From the NCBI GenBank assembly GCA_964247055.1, contig OZ176054.1:11036001-11100000 (forward strand): a stretch of 64,000 nucleotides of DNA, written 5' to 3'. The stretch's first letter is position 1. Every line of letters begins with the position of its first letter. The position numbers and the translations under genes were made by a program. Positions 50,101 to 62,906 of the stretch are shown one piece after another. The stretch is from Paragordius varius. Taxonomy: Eukaryota; Animalia; Nematomorpha. The notes under the pieces are model-generated. The model searched no databases and had not been told where the DNA came from. It saw only the letters and a list, made by a program, of their open reading frames with translations.

Positions 50101-53100
50101 TTTGCGTTTGTTGAATATTAGCCCTATCACCATTATTTTTTGGAATATGCGGCGGTTGAGTATTTTCGTAATCATCGTAAATCTCATCGTAAGCCAGGGG
50201 ACTGGGTGCTACATGAAGATATATGTTGTGACTAACTTGAATCTATAATAGAAAATGGCAAAAATAATTATTATGAAATGGATATAAAAATTATGGTTAT
50301 AGGAACCTAAGCCGCCCTTAAAATGAGTGAGTTGAGATTTTCAAATAAGAAGTGTTTATTTATATTCTATAAACTTGTTAGATTATGGTTTCAAAAAAAT
50401 GCCTCAAACAACATTAAAAAGTTAAAAGGAATAATAATTTTAGGTATATTTGTAAAATATAGTAAATATTAACCTATATTGAAATATAACTGAATAATCG
50501 TAATTAATATTGAAAATAAATATATTTTTTTTAAAAAAGGAATACAAATTGGGGCATGTTATTATGGGTGACGGTCCTCTAAAAAGTTTTAATGTGATAG
50601 ATATCCTAAAAAATTAAAACAAAATTTTGCGAATTCGATTGAAAAAGCAATAAATTAATAATAACTAGTTTAGAATGTATCATCCTACGTAAATTGCTAA
50701 AATAATTTTGCAATATATTAGACAAAATAAAATTAATTCGTTAATTTAAAATTTCGAAAATCATCAAAAAAATAATTAAATAAGCAAACCTCTTGTGAAT
50801 CAGGATCTATAGTGAAAAATGTCAGTAACGGCATATGGTTATTAAAACTGTCATCGATAAATAGGCCTTGTGCCGATTGACCATCCTTGTATTCCAATAT
50901 AGCTCGATCAATGGGATCATGCAAAATTTTCAGCTTTATACATATATATTAAAACTTTATAGGTTTTTTTCTAGATATACCATTTACAGTTCAAATTAAA
51001 ACACCCTTGAACAAACAATTCAAATTTAACCTAAAATTAATTATTTGTTTTTTAAAGGTTAAAATTTATATTTTTTAAATAATAATAAAATTTTGTTTAA
51101 AATTAATATATTACCGTAAAAATATGAAATTATGCCATCAGGAATATTTTTTATATTAATGATGAGTTATAATAGCTCGAAAACACAAATTTTTAGGGAA
51201 AATTTGAATTGTAAATAGTATATATGGAAAATCCAAAAAATTCTACAAATGTGTTTTTAACCAAAGTAAGTATTCTATTTTTGATTTAGATAACAGACAG
51301 AAAAAAATGCGAAATTTTTGTTAAATCTAAACCAAAAACAAACGTTTTAAAGAGCGAAATTACAATATTTCAAAAAAAATTATTAAACAAATGAATTAAA
51401 ATAAAGGAAAGGCTTTCTTTCAAATAATAAGATGATAATTAAATTTATTAAAATATTTATATCATTAAAATTTATTTCACTTTTTTTGGCTTGCTATAAA
51501 ATAAATTTTTTTTCCACCTACCTTATTAACTGTTCCAAAAGCGCTAAATAGATTAAAGAGTTTTTTGCAATTTAGATGCCATATATCAATTCCATCAATA
51601 ATCACAACTTTATCACATGCCCTTCAAATAAAATATAAATTTAAGTATGATAATTGATGAAATTATATTGAAATCTAAAAAGGGAAATCATACATATTTA
51701 ATTTTGAAACAATAAAATTACCAACAAACATAATAATAATAATATCAAAATATACTTTATTTTTTGAAAAAAAACATGATTTTCTCCATAAAACTAGAGT
51801 GAATGAGCTTAGTTAAAAAACTATACCAAAAACAAAAATACAATTCACAACTCAAATCCGTCAAACAGTTCAAATCATCCTAAAAATATTTTTTTTGAAA
51901 AACAGAATACATATAAAATCACAGATTATGCCATAAAAAAATAGATAATATCATTAATGAGTTATAATAGTCCAAAAACACATAAATTATTTTAAGGATG
52001 AATTCGAAATATTTAAGGGTGGATTTTGAATGTTTAATGGTTTATTTGATATGTAAATGACAAATTTTAAATCAGTTTTCACATTTTAAATCCAAAAACA
52101 TAAAACTCTACCCAGAAACTCAAAACATATTTTGTAGCAAATCTCTCTAATGTATAAAAAATCGAGTTTTAAACAAAAAATTGGTATTTACCGATAAACT
52201 ATGGATGAAAATGCGTCAGAATTTGGAGTTTTATCTAATAGACCAACAGCCTTTGTTGTACCTCGCAAACCGGTTTCTCTACGAAGTTTTGAAAGTCGAT
52301 CGATACTAATTACGCCACCACTACTCTTACGATCACCTGTTTATTTTGTTTTATAAAAAACCAATAGGGTAAAAATTGAAATTATACATACATATAGAGA
52401 ACGTTAAAATATAAGAGCAATTTTTTAAAAATACAATCATACTCAAACCTTTATTTTTATATATATATAATTCATTTTTCAATTATATTTTTTAAAATTA
52501 ATTAATAAATGAAGGAAAAGGTCTAAAAAGTATGATTGTCTCTAAAAAATATCTGTCTTTGTATTTTTACGTTTTGCCTTTAAAATTTATATTAATCATT
52601 TTTGCACCCATGATTTACAAAATATATTTTTGCTTTGTTACTAATTCGAAACCATTATTGTATGGCATATCCCCAGAAAATGATAAAATTTCAAATTTTG
52701 AAAAAGGGTTCATTAAATTTGTACTGATATAAATAAAAATAATAACTTAAGAGTTTATGCTACGTTATGTTGCTCTAAATCGCTATAAAAATTAAAATAG
52801 TCATTTTTATTAAAGATGTCTAAAAAAGTTATATCAATATTTTAAAACTGAAAGAAAAGGTAATTTTAAAATTACCTAATAAACGAGCTACAGAACCCCC
52901 TTTGGTAATGTTGGAAGGTGGTTTCAGATGAGTTAATTGGGGTCGAGATGAAATTGCTATATATCATATATAAATATATAAATTTTAGGATTATTAACTT
53001 ACGTAAACAAATTAAACTTATTGATTGATAAAATATGAGATATTACGGATCAAAATGATTATTTCAATTATGGAAATTAATATATTTACTTAATTAGGTA

Positions 53101-56100
53101 TAGAATTATTGATCCTTTTTAATTGGAATTAATCTCCAAAAATAAAATATTAACTTTAATTGTCTAATATATCATTATTTAGACATTGAAAAAAATGTTA
53201 ATTCTAACTAAAAAAATGATAAAATTAATAAGAAAACAGCATACGTGGCAAAAGCGTTCTTGGTCCATTCCTATTTCCTCCAATCAAAGCGTTAGATGAT
53301 TCAGTTGAACTTTTATAAAAAAATATTATGATAAAAAGGATTTAATCGATATAAAATTTGCAATATCATAAAATTTTCAACACAATTACTGGTCTGACCC
53401 CTAATAAACGCAAATTATCGTAAAAATTATAAACCAAGCAAAACAAAGTCAACCGAGCAAATTGTTATAATTTCGAGGTATTACATTAGTTTATAATTAG
53501 TGATTTATATTTTGACCAATTATTTCTAAAAGCGGTTACATCAGAATTAATTCATTCACACCAAATACTAAACGGAATCATTATTGTTTATATAAAAAAA
53601 ATTCAAAACGCACTTTTTATAAGCATTAGTTCCACCTATACGGTCAAAAACAGAAGGCAATTTTTTACTGCGTCCATTTATGGTTGATGAAGAAGTAATC
53701 AAGGGTGGACGTAAGGATTGAAGTTTATTCCTGTAAGATGTATTGGCATTAGCATTCATATTATTTGGCAAAGATGAACCCTGATAAGGTGAAAGTAAAG
53801 GTCTGAGTGGTCCTCTTACATTGTTTTGGTGTCTACCGTAACTACTGTTTTGACTTGGGTGAAGAGATGGTCTATGTAATATTTAATTTTTGGATAAGAA
53901 AATAAAAATATGAAACGCGTTAGATAGGAGAAAAAATTGGTATAAATTAGGGGAATAGAAGTGTAAAAATATTTGATTGACAAGTTTTTATGTTTTGCAA
54001 AGGAGTATCAAAAAAGGGTGTGCAATCCAAGTTCATAGACCACAATATAATAAAAATATAAAACTTAAATGCTGGCCGATTATGCATTTTTATATAACAC
54101 TTTTACGATAAAATAATTTTTCAAGAAAATGAACATTAGAATGGTAAGATAATGGGTAAAATATATGTTTATAAATATACAAGCGCAAAGATGCATGATG
54201 AGGATTTAAATGCTGGTTAGACTGCATTAAAGGTGGTGGCCCCAGTACATTACTATTAATCCTATTATTTTGATGATGTGTATGATGCGTTTGCAAATAT
54301 GACTGATGCGATGCTATTAATTAAACATATAGTATAAAATGATAAGGTGTATATTCAGAATAAGTGTCAGAGAAAACGCCTTAAAAAATTGCTTGGTGAT
54401 ATAAATAAATTTTTTAGCTTTAATGTTTATGAGATACGCATATAAAAAAGTAGAGAAGAGATAACTTATACCATACTTTTCCAATAATAATATAGTATAA
54501 TATTTGCCAGTGATAAAAATATCAATATATGCCTTTGCACCCACACATAATTTATATTTAAAACATTTCGTAATACTTTCTAGTATAATTATTCCCTATG
54601 CTATACCTAAATGCGACGGTGGCGGTAAGGGTGGTGGTAAACCGCCCTGTTGTAGATGATGAGCCGACCCCAAAAAGTTTGTGGGTGGTTCATGGGGTGG
54701 TGGTTGCAATGAGGAGCCCACCATCCCTCCTAAACTGCCTTCTCTCATATGATGAGACGAAGGTGAGGGGGAGTTATTGCTTGCACAAGCAGATGCCGCA
54801 GCGGCGGCCGCAGCTGATCGTTCGATCTTTAGAGCAGCTAGGGCGGCGGCTTTAGCAGCTGCTTGAGCGGCAGTTTCGCTCCCCGTAGATGTCAAGTATT
54901 GCTCATAGTACTGTTGATAGTATGGATGTGTTTTGATAGTCTTCAAGTCGTCATCGAGTGGTGCTGTTATTACAGTAGTTTCTGGCTTTAGCGACTGTTG
55001 ATTGTCGTACCTATCAACAAAAAATGATGATCATTTTAAAATTATAACGTAATAAAATAGGGTGTAAACCGGACAGTTTTTTGGTAAAACAATTAGCTGT
55101 TGAAAAACCGTGATTTGGATCTAAAAACGGTTATATGGAAAAAATCAAGCTTTAAAAGATATGATTGTTTTTGGTTATTTAACGCTTTATCAATTAACCT
55201 TATTAATAGAAATTTCAAGATAAAAGAAATTTAAAAATTTATGATCTATGTGGTTTCACCATGTGTGCAAAAACCGTATTTGATTATATAAGATACATAA
55301 ATAATTATTTAAAAATCGAATCCAGATGGTATAACTAAGAGAGAATATAATTTTAAAAACATTATATCATCAGAATTTTATGAATCTTTTATATCTAAAA
55401 TGATTATTTAAGCACCAAAAAATGTTAAATGAATAAATTGTTACCGATTATATGGGTTTGGTGGATTATTACTAAGATTTGAGAGACTTGGGCTGGGTGT
55501 AGGAACAGGTGTTGGAGGCAAAAACGGAGGCGGTATCCCTACACCTGGGGGTAACGGAGGAGGGAATCCTGCACATAATAATAAATTTATTAGTTAAAAA
55601 TATAATGTTTAAACACCTTAATCAAATTTAATAAATTGACCAGGATTTGGTACTGAAGTCAGTTTTAAAAAGTAGTTTATTCCCAGAAATCGGCTCCGGT
55701 ACCAGAACTTTTGATATAATTTTTGCATAATTTAAGAAAAGATTACCATGAGGTAATCCATGTATTTGATGTCTTATTCCATCTGTTCCTTGCAAGGGAG
55801 GAGGCATATAACTTGGAGGTACTATAAGAATTTATTATACATACAAAGAAAACTTTTATATTAAAAAGGATAAATATTACAAATTAAATGTTCTATGTAT
55901 ATAATTTTGAGTTAAGTTAATAGTTATCACAAAAAATATTCACCAACTTGGCAAAACAGATTAGAAACTAATAAATGCCTTATACAGACAGATATTAGAA
56001 GAGTGTATAAAAATCTATAGAATACAATCTCAAACTATTCGTCTTATTAAAGCAAAACAAACTACCATTATATGGAATAGAAACAGGGGGTGGAGGAACC

Positions 56101-57231
56101 AATCCTGGATTTTCCCGATATATGTCCCATGTTTGAGTGTCATTTTTATTTACTTTTAATTCATCCGTCTAAGAAAAATAGTGTAAAGTAAAGTTTTAAA
56201 CGGCAAATTTATATAAAATTCTGTCATTTTTTAAATAAAGATAATTTATTTAGCAAACGATATATAGGGTAGTTGAACAGCGAAAGAAATACTAATCCTA
56301 ATCGTATAACGGCATATAAAAGATCAGGGATTAAAAAAATGATAAGCCTAGTAAAATGGCAATATTTTACATTTAAAATTGCAACTTTTTATGGAAAACC
56401 TAGAATACTATCTTATATACTTTGCCCTTTATCTTTTTAATATACTGTAATTTATTATAATTAATCTATGCTAAAAAAAGACTAACGAACAAATTATTTT
56501 TTAAAAAGGCATAAATACTCAAATAAAAGATTTTTACTGAAACAAAACTTAAAAATTTCCAATAATTTATAATGAAATTAATAAAATACCCGTGCATATT
56601 CAATCTTAAGTGTACAACAATCGGCATATATATCGCATCCTTCAAGATTTTGCTTAACTTTTTGAGCCGTAAAAACATCCAAAAATTGAACTAAGGCATG
56701 GAGTTCATTTTTATGAAATATGACAATTTTTATCACCTATTTTATTAATTAGATAGTCAAAAACCTGTCCGTAAGGTTCACAAATTTTCTTAATCGTATC
56801 GACTGTTATGGAATATTTAGCATTATGTATAGTAAATAAGAGTATCTTTTGCGCCGGGGGTTGTCTATCCACCCTATTAGAACTACAAATCTTAATCAAA
56901 TAAATTTACCTATTCTTTTGTATAAATTGACTGGTAGAAAAGTTAAAATAACACGGCACACCAGCAATGTTTAATGGTTTAGCAGGCTAATAAAATTATA
57001 GTAAAGCCAAAAACATACCGGACAAGTGCTGTAAATTAACCGTTTTGACGATTCTACATTATCAAATTCTATGAGGGCTTGATTATTTTGCGGTAACATT
57101 AAAACGTTTACAATTTTACCATACGGTAAAAGTAAGTTTTTGATTACACTTTCGTTGGTTCCATTAGCTAAGCCTCTGACATGGACTACCCTAGAAGCAG
57201 GCGGTCTTTTCGGATCCATATTATTATTCAT
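44452..57231 (-). CDS. HNRNPL: hnRNP L-like (Drosophila smooth-like) four-RRM protein with large low-complexity insertions
   Basis: About 24 exons. RRM1: SRVVHVRGL..QALIEFDN..NFSTSQ. RRM2: KILLFTIHNAKYSITVDTIKKICEPYGQVIKIVIF..CDIYADCCTLKIEYA..LKVNKNDTQTWD. RRM3: VVIIDGI..LNCKKLFNLFSAFG. Then VLPDGSP..EDF. RRM4: FPTTLILICNLP..ALVEFESLTDAVRAM. Stop TAA 44454-52. Middle exon boundaries are approximate. Confidence 0.85.
45652..45889. mobile_element. MITE family B (degenerate)
   Basis: ta-cagtaaaaataaaa ... ttttgtctttata..cttttactg-ta. Confidence 0.6.
47654..47923. mobile_element. Foldback-like MITE family A
   Basis: ta-ccatttacaccaattcaaattcaccc ... three inverted 21-bp units, then tgtaaatgg-ta. 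Confidence 0.85.
48333..48899 (+). mobile_element. piggyBac-like MITE family C (complete, TTAA TSD)
   Basis: TTAA at 48329-32 and 48900-03; colinear with 17867-18442. Confidence 0.85.
50980..51218. mobile_element. Foldback-like MITE family A
   Basis: ta-ccatttacagttcaaatt ... aatttgaattgtaaatag-ta. Confidence 0.75.
51825..52060. mobile_element. Foldback-like MITE family A, heavily decayed
   Basis: Retains core motifs (attatgccata, taatgagttataatag, aaaacacataaattattt, aagggtgga) and ends atgtaaatga. Confidence 0.45.
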
Positions 57232-57544
57232 AATGATTTTGAGTACGGTTAAAACTTATATATGGATAAAACACATGTGCTTACAACATATGTAAATTTA
57301 AATATACATTTTGTATTTTTTCTATCCCTAATGATTTTTGCTAATCATTAATATCTTTAATTTACCAAAATAAAAATTCAAGGTCGCATTTAAATTCACT
57401 ACCATATATTTTCTATACAGAAAAAGCATTTCAAAAAAAATCGATATTCCCTTTGTTATCTATTTCGTTCTCCATACACGATTATATACCTGTAAAACCT
57501 TTTATATTTTTTCAGGCTTGGATAAATAAGCAACAGTAATTACC
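57232..57544. promoter_or_regulatory. 313-bp divergent intergenic region (probable bidirectional promoter)
   Basis: Lies between the hnRNP L ATG (57231, -) and the AMPD ATG (57545, +). Confidence 0.5.
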
Positions 57545-60500
57545 ATGTCTAAACGCTTTGATACAAATGGTGTGGACAGAGATTTATCTAACTCCCCACC
57601 TTTATTACATAAAAATTTTCGGCTTTGTAATTTAAACGATTCCTCGCTCAGTTCTTTAGCCATAGACAACACGAGCAACGATAACGATACTACAACTAAT
57701 GGAACAATACATACCAAAAATAATGTACTGTTAAATGATAAAAACAGTCACGACCTTGAACATAACACCAAAGACCATCCACATTATAATCTCATTAATA
57801 ATAATGATATTAATTTGCCATCCAAAACTGATAAAAAGGCATATGAACCACAAAAAACAGTTTTTAAACGCGGCGATAATTTTGCTAATGATGAGGCCTC
57901 TTATGATATCCCACGGTATCCAATTGAAGAGGTAGAGCAGGAAAGACGGGCTACACTTCACCTCATTCAAGACGATAATTTAATCCATCATACCAAAAAT
58001 AAAAAATCTCGAATGCCTAAAATACCCCCATTCGTATCGCCCAAAAAAGATAGGAAACATGAGGCTAGCAGCTTTTATCCAAATGAAGGTGACAACAAAG
58101 GACCGCCGGATGTTGATAAAAAGTAAGTCTGATTTTATATGTTGCTGTTTTTAATATAATTATATGTTAATTTGACAAATTATTAACTTGTATATCTGGC
58201 TTTATTTGTAAAAATATGCATTGTCTAACTTACCAGGTGTAATCACAAGTTTTTAGCGGTTTAACTAAGGAATGCTAGCGAAAATACGCAGACGATTAAT
58301 TGTTCTTCTGACATTTAACAACAAACACACAAGTTGAGTTGGCAAAAACTAGTGTTTTTTGATCATTCAATAATCATGTCGAGTTTGTGCCTGAAAATAA
58401 ACATTTGTCTGTTAGTAGAAGAAAGGGTCTTTTGCAAATTATCGTTGCTCGCCGAAAAATATGGTGAACATGCTTTATCGACTATTGCGAAACATGGTTT
58501 TTTAATTGATTTCAAATCAAATATGGGAGCTATTTTCGTCCACAGAACTGTGAAGACGCTAAAATGCAAAGATTATTGGATGATGACCCAACTGAAACTC
58601 AACAGAAATTTATAGAAGCTTTACATGTATCACAAAATCTAATCGATAGATGTTCACGAGCAATGAAAGAAACTAGGCATAATTCCACACAATTTGTATG
58701 AAAATAAAATTAAAATTGCAAACTCACTAGTAAATCATGTTTCGACTTCACAGAATGAAATCATTTTTGTATTGAATTGGGATGGGTGAGAAATCTTTTG
58801 TAATACAAGGCGAAAAAATCTTGGTTTTTATTTTGCGCCGTCCATCAAACACCAAGGCCAAATCGTTTTGGCCAGAAGACCATGCTCAATTTCTAGTGGG
58901 GCAGCGATATTTTATGAACATATGATATCCGATGAAACCGTATTTTAACAACGCTATCGACAACAAATGATTTTTAACCCTGCATTAATTTAAAACGACC
59001 GGAATTGCCAGAAGATATGGCAAAGTTAATTTTACTCCATAACAATTCTCGGTTTCACACAACAAAACCATTGAAAGACGATTTGAAATGGCTTTGATGA
59101 ATTTCAAGAACACTCCTGGCCTGGCGCCATCTGATTAATACAACTTTGCATGATGAGACACACCCGCGCAGAGCAGCACTTCAATAATTTTGAAGACGTG
59201 ACAAATGGTTCCGCAAAAGACAATTAGTTTGTGCGGCATTCATATATTATCTAAGAAATGGGCGAAATATGTAGAAGCCGATGCACAATAGTTAAAAAAA
59301 CTAGTAAACATATGACTAAATATTATAAATTTTGGTTTAATTGATTCGATCATGTTTTAAGTTCGATAACTAAAATTAATTCATATACTTTTATTAATGA
59401 TTAACTCTTTAGATCTTCCCAAGAACCACCCCATAATGCACTCCAAAATGATAAAAATAGTTTTTATTCAACTCTCGCTGGTTGGTTTAATAACGATTTA
59501 ACACCTCCTATTAATTCGGCCAGACTTGAAAGACTGCATCAGTTGCTTAATGGCAGTAATGATGAAATTGATTTTTCGGAATTGGAATCCTTGCCCAATG
59601 ATAATATTAATAATAATAATTTGTTAGATACCGAGTGTCGATATATCCATTATCAAAGAGTCAATGTTAATGGAGATGAAATTGGGGTAAATATTTTTGG
59701 TTTTTCCGGGGAATTTTGTCGCCATTTTAAAGTGTCTTTATATTTAAAATAATTGATTATTTATTACTAGTATTTGACAAAAATCAATTTTTTTCCTATT
59801 ATTAGCAGCACATTGTGAAAACGATTAAAGTAAAGCTAAATCGGAAAAGTGCAAGATGAACAGCATAAGCTAAATAGTTTATACGCGCATTTTTTTAATA
59901 ACTCATTAAGGGGGGAAGGTCCATATCACATTTAAATGGAAGAACATTTCTTAGTATGCGATATATTTCCCAGCCGAAATTTCAAATAAAAAACTGAAAG
60001 ATAAATAATTTAAAAAAAAATTGGCAACGTTTTTTTTTAAAATTATTTTATATCAAACGTATAATTTTGCAATAGTTTAAACATAAATTTTCGATAACTA
60101 TGAGTAACTAACCATTACGTCAAAAATAAAACATTAAATATGGAATATAAAACATATTTCATAAGATCCCAATCCTTGATTACGTACACTCGGCTCAAGC
60201 CATATTGGAAGCACTGAGTATACGTGAAAAATATATGCACACTTCACAACAAACGTTTCCCATGTCAGTTTCCAAGTATTTAAGCCGGGCATTTGGAAAA
60301 TCCTATTTTTATTACGCAGATTCCAATGAGAAAACACACCCACGGGCTAATAAAATGAGTCTTGAAGGTATTACAAATATGAAATTTGAACGATTGTTTA
60401 AAATTTTGAAGAAAATGTGTTTTATCAAATAATATTTCCCTTTTTTCAGAATGAAGAAAAGATTGAAATTTTAGCCATTTGCATTAGTATAGGGAGTTTT

Positions 60501-61150
60501 AAGGTTTTTTAACCATTATTGATTCTCTTTTTTCATGTTTTGTGTTAAAGAATCAAAGTCTTATTTGAATACAAATACATGCACTTTTTTCATTATAAAA
60601 TAGAACTTTTTTCTTTAATGAAAGAACAATTTGTGTCAATCAAACGCAACAGTATTTTTAGCTAAACTTAGATAATAATTGTTGCTTTGGATTAAAAATG
60701 TGGACTTTATATTAAAAAGCTTTGTCGGTGAATTTAAAACTGTTTTGCGTTCGAACGAATAAAAAATGTTAATTTTTTGTCAAGAATGCAAATTTATGCA
60801 ATTTTTTTGCTTTTTTACCATCCATATATTTAGATCATCCCATTAATCCACCCATCTTGGAACAAAAAGAAAATCCATATGAATGCCAAATTCTACCCGA
60901 TCTCAATTATGCCATCGTTGAAAAAAATGGTGTATATAATTTATCAACGCTTGCTTCTAATACCAATATCAATGGGTATTCTAATGGCAATTCTAATGCT
61001 TCTCTGCTGAACAGTAAAGAAACAAAAAGTGATATGGCAGAAAATGGTGATTTAAATCATTCAAATACAATTCCATCCTTGTTATATCACAGCGTAGATA
61101 GGGATGAATATCTCAAAGATGCTCTCACCCTGCAACAATTGTTAACTAAC
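57545..61150 (+). CDS. AMPD: AMP deaminase, N-terminal four exons (gene continues beyond the window)
   Basis: Exons 57545-58122, 59413-59686, 60166-60367, 60834-61150, all in phase. YQRVNVNGDEIGIPILDYVHSAQAILEALSIREKYMHTSQQTF matches AMPD FQRV.I.GE..G.P..D....A..L..AL.IREKYM..S.Q.F, followed by HPINPP..ENPYEC and DRDEYLKDALTLQQLLTN. Catalytic exons not seen before 64000. Confidence 0.88.
58233..59320 (+). mobile_element. Decayed mariner transposon (Mos1/mauritiana-like) in AMPD intron 1
   Basis: ta-CCAGGTGTAatcacaa terminus like the Mos1 TIR. MSS.VPENKHL at 58376, YGEHALS, LLHNNSRFHTTKP at ~59030, PGLAPSD at ~59116. Frameshifted throughout. Confidence 0.8.
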
Positions 61151-61953
61151 GTAACTATGTAAGAAAATTTTTATGATTTATTTGGATATAAAGATGGTTT
61201 TTTTTAAAAAAATGGAAGTTTTTGGTTGTTTTCATAAATAAAGGATTTTTCACCGGGAAAATCAATATGTTATTGGTTTGATAATAAATTTAGTAGATGT
61301 GAATTACTATTCGCTACTACGTTGAAAATTATGTATAATAGCAATTTTCCTTTATACCTTTTATTTTTATATAATTTAGGTAAATTAAAAAAAGTATCAA
61401 TTCTTATTTTCGCTCTCAAAAAATAAACTAAAGGGAGTTCTACTAAAGCTACACAGCTCTCATTATTTAACTATTATATCAATTTTAATTTATATTAATA
61501 ACCTAAAATTCAAGAGTTGGGTTTAAATTACATATTTATATACAATGGTTTTTTATCAACTAAGTACAGTAAATTGTTTTGGTTTTTAAAGAATTTTTTG
61601 GAGTACATAAGTTGATTGGATAATATACACTAAAGTTAATCGTCATATTTTTATGAATTTGATCATTTATATACATATACATCTTAAACAAATAATGTTA
61701 GTTCGAATTTAAAACACTTAACCATATTATAAGCAAAGTAATTTTTTTATTTAATCAACTTATATATAATTGTTTTATAATATGGGGAGTTATATATAAA
61801 TAACCGGATTCATACTTTTTTATTATTGTAGCGCCCATGGTAGACCCAATCATTTCTAAAAATAAGTTCTAGTAGGCATTTATTTAGCTCTAATATTAAT
61901 TTTAAATAACTCTCAAATAACCTAAAATTTAAGTATATATATATATATATATA

Positions 61954-62225
61954 CCATTTACAATTCAATTTCACCCTTAAACAATTCAAATACCCTTGAA
62001 CAATTCAAATTCACCCTTGAACAATTCAAATTCACCCTCGAACAATTCAAATTTACCCTCAAATAAAATATATGTTTTTTAAGATTAAAAATTATTTATA
62101 TTTTATATATTTTTCAAAAATAAAAATTTTGTTTTGAATTAAAATAATACTGAAAAAAATAATAAATTATACCATAAACATATATTTCATATTTATAATG
62201 AATTATATTAGTTCGAAAACACATA
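61954..62225. mobile_element. Foldback-like MITE family A, right arm missing (interrupted)
   Basis: Left TIR, 5 units and core are intact up to gttcgaaaacaca-ta; unrelated sequence then begins gacccatg. Confidence 0.85.
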
Positions 62226-62254
62226 GACCCATGTTCGGGTAAGTATTACTTGCG

Positions 62255-62324
62255 TCCTTATGCTTAAATCCTTATGCTTACGTCCTTATGCTTCCATCCT
62301 TATGCTTACGTCCTTATGCTTACA
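62255..62324. repeat. 5 x 14-bp tandem repeat (TCCTTATGCTT plus 3 variable nt)
   Basis: Units end in aaa, acg, cca, acg, aca. Confidence 0.9.
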
Positions 62325-62906
62325 TTTTTGAATAAAAATAATACATTCATCATAAGTCTGCTTCTAGTAGACTTATTAAAATTTCAAAGTGGCATAACTT
62401 TAAAAATATTGTGAATTTTTGAATTCTGTAAATTGGAGGAAAGAAAGTAAAGTATATTTAACAAATAATTTATAGGTTTAATTAATGTTGCTTCAATCAT
62501 TTGGCATTAAAAGGGGTTTACACAACCCCTGTTAAAAAATACATAAATCGTAAAACATGCATTCAAAATCAAAAGTTTTTTAGAAGAAATAGGTATGCAT
62601 TTTATCCAACTATATTTTTTAGATTTTTTTGAGTTATCAAAATTGAAATATTTGCATACTTTGTGAAATAAAAAAATCTATCCAGTTTTTCAAATTCTTT
62701 AAATTGGAGGATAAAAATGATGTATATATAACAAATTATTTATAGGTTTTAGAAATTGAATGATCGCATACACTCTTAGTGAACTAAGCTTCTTGAAAAA
62801 ATATATCTGGAACATACATGTAAAACCCAAAGTTTTTTAGAAGGTGTGCAATTGATTTAACCATATTTTTTAGATTTAGATGTCATGGCGATCGAATTAT
62901 CTGCGC

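Noticed and set aside
58334-58615. ORFs of 93 aa (+) and 68 aa (-) inside AMPD intron 1
   Set aside because: Chance frames across the frameshifted mariner relic; not genes.
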